A DNA stretch of 64,000 nt from Oscarella lobularis (Eukaryota), in the NCBI RefSeq assembly GCF_947507565.1, contig NC_089179.1, positions 990,681-1,054,680 of the forward strand. The letters run 5' to 3'. The notes beneath the pieces are model-generated. The model was not told the DNA's origin and made no database searches. It saw only the letters and a program-made list of their open reading frames with translations. The translations under genes were made by a program, and so were the position numbers. The first letter of the stretch is position 1. Each line of letters opens with the position of its first letter. This document shows positions 36,037 through 49,137 of this stretch, one piece after another.

Positions 36037-39000
36037 GTCGTACGTACTCCGCCGGCAGGCGATGTATATATTCCGGCAAGTGGTGCACGTATACTCAGCC
36101 GGCAGGCGATGTATATATTCCTGCAAGTGGTGTACGTATACTCAGCCGGCAGGCGAAGTACATATTCCGTCAAGTGGTGTACGTACTCCGCCGGCAGGCG
36201 GTGTATATATTCCGGCAAGCGGTGTACGTACTACGCCGGCAGGCGATGTACATATTCCGGCAAGTGGTGTACGTACTCCGCAGGCAGGCGATGTATATAT
36301 TCCGGCAAGCGGTGTACGTACTCCGCCGGCAGGCGATGTATATATTCCGGCAAGTGGTGTACGAACTCCGCCGGAGGCGGTGTGTATATTCCGGCAAGCG
36401 GTGTACGTACTCCGCCTGCAGGCGGTGTATATAATCCGGCAAGTGGTGTACTCCGCCGGCAGGCGGTGTATATATTCCGGCAAGTGGTGTACGTACTCCG
36501 CCGGAGGGCGATGTATATATTCCGGCAAGTGGTGTACGTACTCCGCCGGCAGGCGATGAATATATTCCGGCAAGAGGTGTACGTACTCCACAGGCAGGCG
36601 GTGCATATATTCCGGCAGGCGGTGCATATATTCCAGCAAGTGGTGTACGTTCTCCGCCGGCAGGCGATGTATATATTCCGGCAAGTGGTGTACGTACTCC
36701 GCCGGCAGGCGGTGTATACATTACGGCAGGCGGTGCATATATTCCGGCAAGTGGTGTACGTACTCCGCCGGCAGGCGATGAATATATTCCGGCAAGAGGT
36801 GTACGTACTCCACAGGCAGGCGGTGCATATATTCCGGCAGGCGGTGCATATATTCCAGCAAGTGGTGTACGTTCTCCGCCGGCAGGCGATGTATATATTC
36901 CGGCAAGTGGTGTACGTACTCCGCCGGCAGGCGGTGTATACATTCCGGCAGGCGGTGCATATATTCCGGCAAGTGGTGTACGTACTCCGCCGGCAGGCGA
37001 TGTATATATTCCGGAAAAAGGTGTATATATTCCGGCAAGAGGTGTACGTACTCCGCCGGCAGGCGATGTATATATTCCGACAAGTGGTGTACGTACTCCG
37101 CCGGAAGGCGGTGTATATATTCCGGAGAGTGGTGAACGTACTCCGCCGGCTGGCGGTGTATATATTCCAAAAAGAGGTGTATATATTCCGGCAAGGTGTG
37201 TACGTACTCCGCCGGCAGGCGGTGTATATATTCCGGCAGGTGGTGTACGTGCTCTGCCGGCAGGCGGTGTATATATTCGGGCAAGCGGTGTATATATTCC
37301 GGAAGGCAGTGTACCTACTCCGCCGGGAGGCGGTGTATATATTCCTGCAGGCGTGTACGTACTCTGCCAGCAGGCGGTGTATATATTACAGAAAGCGAGT
37401 ATATATTCCGGAAGGCAGGTTACGTACTACGCCGGCAGGCGGTGTATATATTACGGAGAGCGGTGTACGTACTCCGCCTGCAGGCGGTGTATATATTACG
37501 GCAAGCGGTGTACGTATACTCAGCCGGCAGGCGATGTATATATTCCGGGGAGATGTGTATATATTCCGGCAAGAGGTGTACGTACTCCGCCGGTAGGCGA
37601 TGTATATATTCCGACAAGTGGTGTACGTACTCCGCCGGCTGGCGGTGTATATATTCCAGCAAAGAGGCGTATATATTCCGGCAAGGGGTGTACGCACTCC
37701 GCCGGCAGGCGGTGTATATATTCCGGTGAGTGGTGTACGTACTCCGCCGGCTGGCGGTGTATATATTCCGGCAAGAGGTGTATATAATCCGGCAAAGGGT
37801 GTACGTACTCCGCCGGTAGGCGGAGTATATATTCCGCCAAGTGGTGTACGTATACTCCACCGGAAGGCGGTGTATATATTCCGGCAAGCGGTGTACGTAC
37901 TCCGCGGGCAGGCGGTGTATATATTCCGGAAGGCAGTGTACGTACTCCGCCGGCAGGCGGTGTATATGATCCGGCAAGCGGTGTACGTACTCCGGAGGCA
38001 GGCGGTGTATATATTCCGGAAAACGTGTACGTACTCCGCCGGCAGGCGGTGTATATATTCCGGCAAGCGAGTATATATTCCGGATAGCAGTGTACGTACT
38101 CCGCCGGCAGGCGGTGTGTATATTCGGGCAAGCGGTAAATATATTCCGGAAGGCAGTGTACCTACTCCGCCGGGAGGCGGTGTATATATTCCTGCAGGCG
38201 TGTACGTACTCTGCCAGCAGGCGGTGTATATATTACAGAAAGCGAGTATATATTCCGGAAGGCAGGTTACGTACTACGCCGGCAGGCGGTGTATATATTA
38301 CGGAGAGCGGTGTACGTACTCCGCCTGCAGGCGGTGTATATATTACGGCAAGCGGTGTACGTATACTCAGCCGGCAGGCGATGTATATATTCCGGGGAGA
38401 TGTGTATATATTCCGGCAAGAGGTGTACGTACTCCGCCGGTAGGCGATGTATATATTCCGACAAGTGGTGTACGTACTCCGCCGGCTGGCGGTGTATATA
38501 TTCCGGCAAGAGGTGTATATAATCCGGCAAAGGGTGTACGTACTCCGCCGGTAGGCGGAGTATATATTCCGCCAAGTGGTGTACGTATACTCCACCGGAA
38601 GGCGGTGTATATATTCCGGCAAGCGATGTACGTACTCCGCAGGCAGGCGATGTATATATTCCGGCAAGTGGTGTATGTACTCCGCCGGCAGGCGATGTAT
38701 ATACTCCGGCAAGTGGAGTACGTACTCCGCCGGCAGGCGGTGTATATATTCCGGCAAGCGGTGTACGTACTCCGCAAGCAGGCGATGTATATATTCCGGC
38801 AAGTGGAGTACGTACTCCGCCGGCAGGCGGTGTATATATTCCGGCAAGCGGTGTACGTACTCCGCAAGCAGGCGATGTATATATTCCGGCAAGAGGTGTA
38901 CGTACTCCGCAGGCAGGCGATGTATATATTCGGGCAAGAGGTGTACGTACTCCGCCGGGTGGCGGTGTATATATTCCGGCAGGTGGTGTACGTATACTCA

Positions 39001-42000
39001 GCCGGCAGGCGGTGTATATATTCCGGCAAGCGGTGTACGTACTCCGCAGGCAGGCGATGTATATATTCCGGCAAGAGGTGTATATATTCCGGCAAGTGGT
39101 GTATGTACTCCGCCGGCAGGCGATGTATATACTCCGGCAAGTGGAGTACGTACTCCGCCGGCAGGCGGTGTATATATTCCGGCAAGTGGAGTACGTACTC
39201 CGCAAGCAGGCGATGTATATATTCCGGCAAGAGGTGTACGTACTCCGCAGGCAGGCGATGTATATATTCCGGGAAGTGTTGTACGTACTCCGCCGGCAGG
39301 CGGTGTGTATATTCCGGCAAGAGGTGTACGTACCCCGCCGGCAGGCGATGTATATATTCCGGCAAGTGGTGTATATATTCCGGCAAGAGGTGTAGGCGAT
39401 GTATATATTCCGGCAAAACGTGTACGTACTCCGCCGGCAGGCGGTGTATATATTCCGGCAAGAGGTGTACGTACTCCGCCGGCAGGCGATGTATATATTC
39501 CGGCAAGACGTGTACGTACTCCGCCTGCAGGCGGTGTATATTTTCCGGCAAGTGGCGTACGTACTCCGCCGGCAGGTGATGTATATATTCCGGGCAGGGG
39601 TGTACGTATACTCCGCCGGCAGGCGATGTATATATTCCGGCAAGCGGTGTACGTACTCCGCCGGCAGGCGATGTATATATTCGAGCAAGTGGTCTACGTA
39701 CTCCGACGGCAGGCGGTGGATATATTCCGGCAAGTGGTGTACGTACTCCGCCGGCTGGCGGTGTATATATTCCGGCAAGAGGTGTACGTACTCGGCAGGC
39801 AGGCGATGTATATATTCAGGCAAGAGGTGTATATATTCCGGCAAGAGGTGTACGTACTCCGCCGGCAGGCGATGTATATATTCCGGCAAGACGTGTACGT
39901 ACTTCGCCGGCAGGCGGTGTATATATTCCGGCAAGCGAGTATATATTCCGGAAGGCAGGTTACGTACTACGCCGGCAGGCGGTGTATATATTCCGGCAAG
40001 CGGTGTATATATTACGGAGAGCGGTGTACGTACTCCGCCGGCAGGCGATGTATATATTCCGACAAGTGGTGTACGTACTCCGCCGGAAGGCGGTGTATAT
40101 ATTCCGGAGAGTGGTGTACGTACTCCGCCGGCAGGCGGTGTATATATTCCGGGAAGCGGTGTATATATTACGGCAAGCGGTGTACGTACTCCGCGGGCAG
40201 GCGGTGTATATATTCCGGCAGGCGTGTACATACTCCGCCGGCGAGCGGTGTATATATTCCGGAAGGCAGTGTACGTACTCCGCCGGCAGGCGGTGTATAT
40301 GATCCGGCAAGCGGTGTACGTACTCCGGAGGCAGGCGGTGTATATATTCCGGAAAACGTGTACGTACTCCGCCGGCAGGCGGTGTATATATTCCGGCAAG
40401 CGAGTATATATTCCGGATAGCAGTGTACGTACTCCGCCGGCAGGCGGTGTATATATTCCGGAGGGCCGTGTATATATTCGGGCAAGCGGTGTATATATTC
40501 CGGAGGGCAGTGTACCTACTCCGCCGGGAGGCGGTGTATATATTCCTGCAGGCGTGTACGTACTCTGCCAGCAGGCGGTGTATATATTACAGCAAGCGAG
40601 TATATATTCCGGAAGGCAGGTTACGTACTACGCCGGCAGGCGGTGTATATATTCCGGCAAGCGGTGTATATATTACGGAGAGCGGTGTACGTACTCCGCC
40701 TGCAGGCGGTGTATATATTACGGCAAGCGGTGGGTATATTCCGGCAAGCAGTGTATATATTCCGGAAGGCATTGTACGTACTCCGCCGGCAGGCGGTGTA
40801 TATATTCTGGAGAGCGGTGTACATATTCCGGCAGGCGGTGCACGTACTCCGCCGGCAGGCGATGTATATATTCCGGCAAGTGGTGTACGTATACTCCGCC
40901 GGGTGGCGGTGTATATATTCCGGCAGGTGGTGTACGTATACTCAGCCGGCAGGCGATGTATATACTCCGGCAAGTGGTGTACGTATACTCCGCCGGCAGG
41001 CGATGTATATACTCCGGCAAGTGGTGTACGTATACTCCGCCGGCAGGCGATGTATATATTCCGGCAAGTGGTGTACGTATACTCCGCCAGTAGGCGGTGT
41101 ATATATTCCGGCAAGTGGTGTACGTACTCCGCCGGCAGGCGATGTATATATTCCGGCAAGTGGTGCACGTATACTCAGCCGGCAGGCGATGTATATATTC
41201 CTGCAAGTGGTGTACGTATACTCAGCCGGCAGGCGATGTACATATTCCGTCAAGTGGTGTACGTACTCCGCCGGCAGGCGGTGTATATATTCCGGCAAGC
41301 GGTGTACGTACTACGCCGGCAGGCGATGTACATATTCCGGCAAGTTGTGTACGTACTCCGCAGGCAGGCGATGTATATATTCCGGCAAGTGGTGTACGTA
41401 CTCAGCCGGCAGGCGGTGTATATATTCCGGCAGGCGATGTATATATTCAGGCAAGAGGTGCACGTACTCCGCAGGAAGGCGATGTATATATTCCGGGGAG
41501 ATGTGTATATATTCCGGCAAGAGGTGTACGTACTCCGCCGGTAGGCGATGTATATATTCCGACAAGTGGTGTACGTACTCCGCCGGCTGGCCGTGTATAT
41601 ATTCCAGCAAAGAGGTGTATATATTCCGGCAAGGGGTGTACGCACTCCGCCGGCAGGCGGTGTATATATTCCGGTAAGTGGTGTACGTACTCCGCCGGCT
41701 GGCGGTGTATATATTCCGGCAGGCGGTGTATATATTCCGGCAAGCGGTGTATATATTCCGGCAAGCGGTGTATATATTCCGGCAGGCGGTGTATATATTC
41801 CGGCAGGCGGTGTATATATTCCGGCAGGCGTGTACGTACACCGCCGGCAGGCGGTGTATATATTCCGGCAGGCGTGTACGTACTCCGCCGGCAAGCGGTG
41901 TATATATTCCGGCAGGCGGTGTATATATTCCGGCAGGCGGTGTATATATTCCGGCAGGCGGTGTACGTACTCCGCCGGCAAGCGGTGTATATATACCGGC

Positions 42001-42111
42001 AGGCGTGTACGTACACCGCCGGCAAGCGGTGTATATATTCCGGCAGGCGGTGTATATATTACGGCAGGCGGTGTATATATTCCGGCAAGCGGTGTATATA
42101 TTCCGGCAGGC

Positions 42112-42281
42112 GGCTACAACGACTACAATGACTGCAACGGCTACAATGACTACAACGACTACAACGACTACAACGGCTACAACGGCTACAACGGCTACAA
42201 CGACTACAACGGCTACAACGACTACAACGGCTACAACGACTACAACGGCTACAATGGCTACAACGACTACAATGACTGCAG
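42112..42281. repeat. Short tract of an 18-bp (9+9) minisatellite, GGCTACAAC GACTACAAC, embedded in the satellite.
   Basis: Direct reading. It is flanked on both sides by the 21/24-bp satellite. Confidence 0.9.
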
Positions 42282-42694
42282 GCGGTGTATATATTCCGGC
42301 AGGCGGTGTACGTACTCCGCCGGCAAGCGGTGTATATATTCCGGCAGGCGGTGTACGTACTCCGCCGGCAAGCGGTGTATATATACCGGCAGGCGTGTAC
42401 GTACACCGCCGGCAAGCGGTGTATATATTCCGGCAGGCGGTGTATATATTCCGGCAAGCGGTGTAAATATACCGGCAAGCATGTACTCCGCCGGGGGGCG
42501 GTGTATATATTCCGGCAAGCGGTGTACGTACTCCGCTGGCAGGCGTGTACGTTCTCCGCCGGCAGGCGGTGTATATATTCCGGCAAACAGTGTATATATT
42601 CCGGCAAGCGGTGTATATATTCCGGCAGGCGTGTACGTACTCCGCCGGCAGGCGGTGTATATATTCCGGCAGGCGGTGTATATATTCTGGCAAG

Positions 42695-44883
42695 AAACTA
42701 CAACGGCTACAACTACAACAACTACCACAACGGCTACAATGACTACAACGACTACAACGGCTACAATGACTACAATGACTACAATGACTGCAACGGCTAC
42801 AATGACTACAACGACTACAACGGCTACAATGACTACAATGACTGCAACGGCTACAATGACTACAACGACTACAACGACTACAACGGCTACAACGACTACA
42901 ACGACTACAACGGCTACAACGACTACAACGGCTACAACGGCTACAACGACTACAACGGCTACAACGACTACAACGGCTACAACGACTACAATGACTACAA
43001 TGACTACAATGACTGCAACGACTACAACGGCTACAACGACTACAACGGCTACAACGGCTACAACGACTACAACGGCTACAACGACTACAATGACTACAAT
43101 GACTACAATGACTGCAACGGCTACAATGACTATAACGACTACAACGACTACAACGGCTACAACGACTACAACGGCTACAACGGCTACAACGGCTACAACG
43201 ACTACAACGGCTACAACAACTACAACGGCTACAACGACTACAACGGCTACAACGACTACAACGGCTACAACGACTACAATGACTACAATGACTACAATGA
43301 CTGCAACGGCTACAATGACTACAACGACTACAATGACTACAACGGCTACAACGACTACAACGGCTACAACGACTACAACGGCTACAACGACTACAACGGC
43401 TACAACGACTACAACGGCTACAACGGCTACAACGACTACAACGGCTACAACGACTACAATGACTACAATGACTACAATGACTGACACGGCTACAATGACT
43501 ACAACGACTACAACGACTACAACGGCTACAACGGCTACAACGGCTACAACGGCTACAACGACTACAACGGCTACAACGACTACAACGGCTACAACGACTA
43601 CAACGGCTACAACGACTACAACGGCTACAACGACTACAATGACTACAATGACTACAATGACTGCAACGGCTACAATGACTACAACGACTACAACGACTAC
43701 AACGGCTACAACGACTACAACGGCTACAACGACTACAACGGCTACAACGGCTACAACGACTACAACGGCTACAACGACTACAATGACTACAATGACTACA
43801 ATGACTGCAACGGCTACAATGACTACAACGACTACAATGACTACAACGGCTACAACGACTACAACGGCTACAACGACTACAACGGCTACAACGACTACAA
43901 CGGCTACAACGACTACAACGGCTACAACGGCTACAACGACTACAACGGCTACAACGACTACAATGACTACAATGACTACAATGACTGACACGGCTACAAT
44001 GACTACAACGACTACAACGACTACAACGGCTACAACGGCTACAACGGCTACAACGGCTACAACGACTACAACGGCTACAACGACTACAACGGCTACAACG
44101 ACTACAACGGCTACAACGACTACAACGGCTACAACGACTACAACGACTGCAACGGCTACAACGACTACAATGACTGCAATGACTACAATGACTGCAACGG
44201 CTACAACGACTACAACGACTACAACGGCTACAACGGCTACAACGACTACAACGGCTACAACGACTACAACGGCTACAACGGCTACAACGGCTACAACGAC
44301 TACAACGACTACAACGACTACAATGACTACAATGACTACAATGACTGCAACGGTTACAATGACTACAACGACTACAACGACTACAACGGCTACAACGACT
44401 ACAACGGCTACAACGACTACAACGGCTACAACGACTACAACGGCTACAACGACTACAACGGCTACAACGACTACAATGACTACAATGACTACAACGACTG
44501 CAACGGCTACAACGACTACAACGACTACAACGGCTACAACGACTACAACGGCTACAACGACTACAACGGCTACAACGACTACAACGGCTACAACGACTAC
44601 AACGGCTACAACGGCTACAACGGCTACAACGACTACAATGACTACAATGACTACAATGACTGCAACGGCTACAATGACTACAACGACTACAACGACTACA
44701 ACGGCTACAACGACTACAACGGCTACAACGACTACAACGGCTACAACGACTACAACGGCTACAACGACTACAACGGCTACAACGACTACAACGACTACAA
44801 CGGCTACAATGACTACAATGACTGCAACGGCTACAATGACTACAACGACTACAACGGCTACAACGACTACATCGGCTACAACG
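42695..44883. repeat. A 2.2-kb minisatellite of 9-bp units (GGCTACAAC / GACTACAAC / GACTACAAT / GACTGCAAC) with a supra-periodicity of about 150-190 bp.
   Basis: The marker variant GACTGCAACGGCTACAATGAC recurs at roughly 42840, 43011, 43104, 43296, 43477, 43656, 43803, 43981, 44155, 44343, 44497, 44651 and 44821. Confidence 0.9.
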
Positions 44884-46559
44884 GTGTATATATTCCGGAA
44901 GGCAGTGTACGTACTTTGCCGACAGGCAGTGTATATATTACGGAAGCGGTGTACATACTCCGCGGGCAGGCGGTGTATATATTCCGGCAAGCGGTGTATA
45001 TATTCCGGAAGGCAGTGTACGTACTTTGCCGGCAGGCGGTGTATATATTCCGGCAGGCGGTGTATATATTCCGGCAAGCGGTGTATATATTACGGCAAGC
45101 GGTGTATATATTCCGGCAGGCGGTGTATATATTCCGGCAGGTGTATACATACTCCGCCGGCAGGCGGTGTATATATTCCGGCAAGCGGTGCATATATTCC
45201 GGCAGGCGGTGTACGTACACCGCCGGCAGGCGGTGTATATATACCGGCAGGCGTGTACGTACTCCGCCGGCAAGCGGTGTATATATTCCGGCAGGCGTGT
45301 ACGTACTCCGCCGGCAAGCGGTGTATATATTCCGGCAGGCGTGTACGTACTCCGCCGGCAAGCGGTGTATATATTCCGGCAGGCGGTGTATATATTCCGG
45401 CAGGCGGTGTATATATTCCGGCAGGCGGTGTATATATTCCGGCAGGCGTGTACGTACTCTGCCAGCAGGCGGTGTATATATTCCGGCAGGCGGTGTATAT
45501 ATTCCGGCAGGCGGTGTATATATTCCGGCAGGCGTGTACGTACACCGCCGGTAGGCGGTGTATATATTCCGGCAGGCGTGTACGTACACCGCCGGCAGGC
45601 GGTGTATATATTCCGGCAGGCGGTGTATATATTCCGGCAGGCGTGTACGTACTCCGCCGGCAAGCGGTGTATATATTCCGGCAGGCGGTGTATATATTCC
45701 GGCAGGCGGTGTATATATTCCGGCAGGCGGTGTATATATTCCGGCAGGCGTGTACGTACTCCGCCGGCAAGCGGTGTATATATTCCGGCAGGCGTGTACG
45801 TACTCCGCCGGCAGGCGGTGTATATATTCCGGCAGGCGTGTACGTACTCTGCCAGCAGGCGGTGTATATATTCCGGCAGGCGGTGTATATATTCCGGCAA
45901 GCGGTGTATATATACCGGCAGGCGTGTACGTACTCCGCCGGCAAGCGGTGTATATATTCCGGCAGGCGGTGTATATATTCCGGCAGGCGTGTACGTACTC
46001 CGCCGGCAAGCGGTGTATATATTCCGGCAGGCGGTGTATATATTCCGGCAAGCGGTGTATATATTCCGGCAGGCGTGTACGTACTCCGCCGGCAAGCGGT
46101 GTATATATTCCGGCAGGCGGTGTATATATTCCGGCAGGCGGTGTATATATTCCGGCAAGCGGTGTATATATTCCGGCAGGCGGTGTACGTACACCGCCGG
46201 CAGGCGGTGTAGATATACCGGCAGGCGTGTACGTACTCCGCCGGCAAGCGGTGTATATATTCCGGCAGGCGGATTATATATTCCGGCAGGCGGTGTATAT
46301 ATTCCGGCAAGCGGTGTACGTATCCGCTGGCAGGCGGTGTATATATTCCGGAAGGCAGTGTATATGTGTATATATTCCGGCAGGCGTTGTATATATTCCG
46401 GCAAGCGGTGTATATATTCCGGCAGGCGTGTACGTACTCCGCCGGCAAGCGGTGTATATATTCCGGCAGGCGGTGTATATATTTCGGCAAGCGGTGTATA
46501 TATACCGGCAAGCGTGTACGTACTCCTTATGAATAGTCTTACCTTCGGGTGGACGATCT

Positions 46560-47600
46560 AGGGTGTACCAAAGCTTGAAGTTTGGATTATCTGCTGCTAT
46601 TTTTTTCTAGTTCAGGACGAAGGAGAATGTCGTCTTCGGTCTATGGTATACATTATTGGTCGGAGGGTATTATCTATTCATTTATTTATTTATTTATACC
46701 TGATTGGCAAATATGAGTGACATTTCTGTTCTGTCGTATGGGTCTTTTAGAATTGCTTGTACGATTTGAAGTATTGGGGTGATGCCTTGCGCACGAAAAT
46801 ATTGTCTAATGATAATACATTATTATTAAATACCGGAGCCTCCAGCTATCATTCCAATGTGAGTGCATTGTCGAGATTCTTCCTTTTTGCCTTCCTTGAT
46901 GTGCATTTTGCCTTGGTGAAGAGAACACGTGTCTCTGTCTCTCTCTCTCTCTCTTATTAATTACCTTTGCCCAGATAGGTCAGATGACCTGATGGCCCAC
47001 GCACGTCAATTGCATCCCCAATTTCAAGGGATTCCAAGTGCTGAGTCATTTTACTGCCATCAGGAAAACGCGGATGAACATTGGCAAAATAGACCTAAAA
47101 TAAATAAATAATTAAATACATCACATGACCCATAAGTATCCATAGCTACCTTGATGACTAAATCAAAGTAGCCAATTTCATCGTCAGAGGTCACGGGGGT
47201 ATATGGACGAATGACGAGATCGTCTTTGATACGGGCGCTCAAGTACATGTGTTTCCCTGAGAGAAATGATTTCATGAAGGGGTCCCGGTCCCCCCTCTTC
47301 GAAGACTCACCGATTGGTAAGCCGAGAATCATGTCCGAGCGAAGCGAAAGCGTCGCGTGTCGTGACTCACGATCTACGTGCGAAAAATTTCGACGCGGCT
47401 CTCTAGTCACGTGGTTTTGTCTCGTTTCGCGTTTTCTTTCGGCTACCTCCTTTTCGATTAGCTTCATTGGGATCTTCATTGTTGGATCCAAGCATTTTTC
47501 GTGTTTCGGTGGCGTTGGGGACCCCGCTTTGCCTGTCGTTCCCCAGAACGTTCGGTAGGACGACGGGAACGATTGCCGCCACGACTAGACCAATCTAAAA
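46560..47600 (-). pseudogene. CYB5R: NADH-cytochrome b5 reductase gene (FAD/NAD-binding ferredoxin-reductase fold) missing its C-terminal exon(s). The coding sequence runs into satellite at about 46527.
   Basis: [12 protein letters not shown]..., ...[80 protein letters not shown], ...[71 protein letters not shown]. The expected WDYxxGF...CGPPPM...F tail is absent. Confidence 0.7.
46939..46960. repeat. (CT)11 dinucleotide microsatellite inside a CYB5R intron.
   Basis: ctctctctctctctctctctct read directly. Confidence 0.95.
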
Positions 47601-49137
47601 TGCATTAGAGAGACGACGTAATCGGCGAGCGAAGACGTCCTTTGGCTTACCATTTCGACCTCAGCGCACGTGGTGACGTCAAATAATCCCGGACAACCAC
47701 TATAAAAAAATTGAAAAAATTGGTCACATACAAAATGATGGCATAAAAAACTAAAAAGGAAGTTAATTAAATTCGTATCAAGAAATAAAATAGCCATTCC
47801 GTTTCACGATATCCTTGAGTTGACCTGCAATCTGAATGGCAATACACGCATCAACAACTTTGTTACGTCCTTCTCTTGAATCTCCATTCTCCTCGACATA
47901 TTTTGCGAATGCACTCTTACTCCTTAGATGTCGTAAAAGTGTTCCATAATTGATACGCCACGCCCTTCACCTAGACCGGAATTGCGCCTAAACGAATGAA
48001 CGGATTGAAACCAGCGATTGATAGTATTATTGACCGATGATAGGGCTTTCAAACGAGCTATGGCACGTCTAGATACGTGCCGGCATCGCGGAGGTCGGTT
48101 CTATCATCAGTACGTGCGTTCCATCATGTGTGACGCGTACAGTACCACTTCCGCTTTACCCGCCCCTCACTCCGCGAACGCGGAGCCGCTAGAGCTGATA
48201 TTGCACACGCTAGTTTGTGAATAATGGAGCCGACCACCAGAGTTGTACGGGTGGAGCCCGTATAACGGCGGAGGGAGGCTCTCTCAAACGTGATCTTAGG
48301 GCCGGAAGTGTCTGTCTGTCTGTATGTCTGTTCGTCACGCTCGGTATTGTGACGTAACATAAAAACCCGTTTTTTCGTACAGCGCATGCGCGACATAGGG
48401 CTCGAAACGGTGACCCGAAAAAGGCGATTTACGGCGCGAAAAAAGCGTTTTTTCTATGACAAACAGAAAAAATGCTTAGAAACCCTTATTTCCAATTGAT
48501 CTGTGCTATTTTCCGTGTTATAAATGCCCTGAGAAACCGAAACGACAGTTTTGATTGTCACGCTCTGACGTCACAATCAAAAGTATCCACTCATGCCGTA
48601 TGTGCGTGGGTATGTACGCGTGTACGGGTAACAGGAAATATGACCCGTACACATGCATAGGTCCCCCTCAAATACAGAATACAGAGCACATTATCAAATA
48701 CACTACGTCAGAAAAGCGCCTAATTAGGAAAACATTGCAGTCATGCAAGTATTTACAGTATGTACGTAGGAGTCAGCTGTAGTAGCTAACGGCTGTAAGG
48801 ACCACGTGAATATGTAACAACATAAAAAATTATGACGTCACACTATGGTATGCACTCTCGTACGGTAAGCGGTGGGAGGCTCTGCATGATGGCAACACGG
48901 TGAACACCGGGCCATCATTCTCTAGTGTAGGTATGTATTCGTGAAAAAGCCGCTTCGCAATCTCTCTTCGTTTGGCCGGGACAGGTGTTCTATAGTACAT
49001 GTCGTTACGGGACTCTATCCAGGTCTACGCCCACTGCCACCAGTTGACGTCTGGCTACGACCAAAGCCGCATATACGCTCTGGCTACGACAATAGAAAGC
49101 GTCTAGCACATTCGGTCGTCGTCGTTTCTTCTTTCTA

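Larger units (their letters stand above)
36037..46526. repeat. Satellite array block 1 (about 10.5 kb). The subunits are 21 bp (GGTGTATATATTCCGGCAAGC) and 24 bp (GGTGTACGTACTCCGCCGGCAGGC), usually alternating as a 45-bp dimer, with higher-order repeats.
   Basis: The periodicity is directly visible. Variant positions recur at roughly 0.85-kb spacing: the 37353-37790 segment reappears at 38213-38520. The same orientation is held throughout. Confidence 0.95.

Noticed and set aside
41548-46212. A 1,554-aa ORF, and many other ORFs of several hundred to over 1,500 codons, on both strands across 36-46.5 kb and 51-61 kb. Examples are 51033-55718 minus, 42267-45077 minus and 38267-40399 minus.
   Set aside because: They lie entirely inside the 21/24/45-bp satellite. 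The unit is a multiple of three and lacks stops in most frames. The translated text (PAGGVYIPASGVRT..., RRQAVYIFRQ..., poly-T / poly-V from the 9-mer) is just the repeat read in frame. Frames drift with unit-length variants. There are no splice or start context and no homology.
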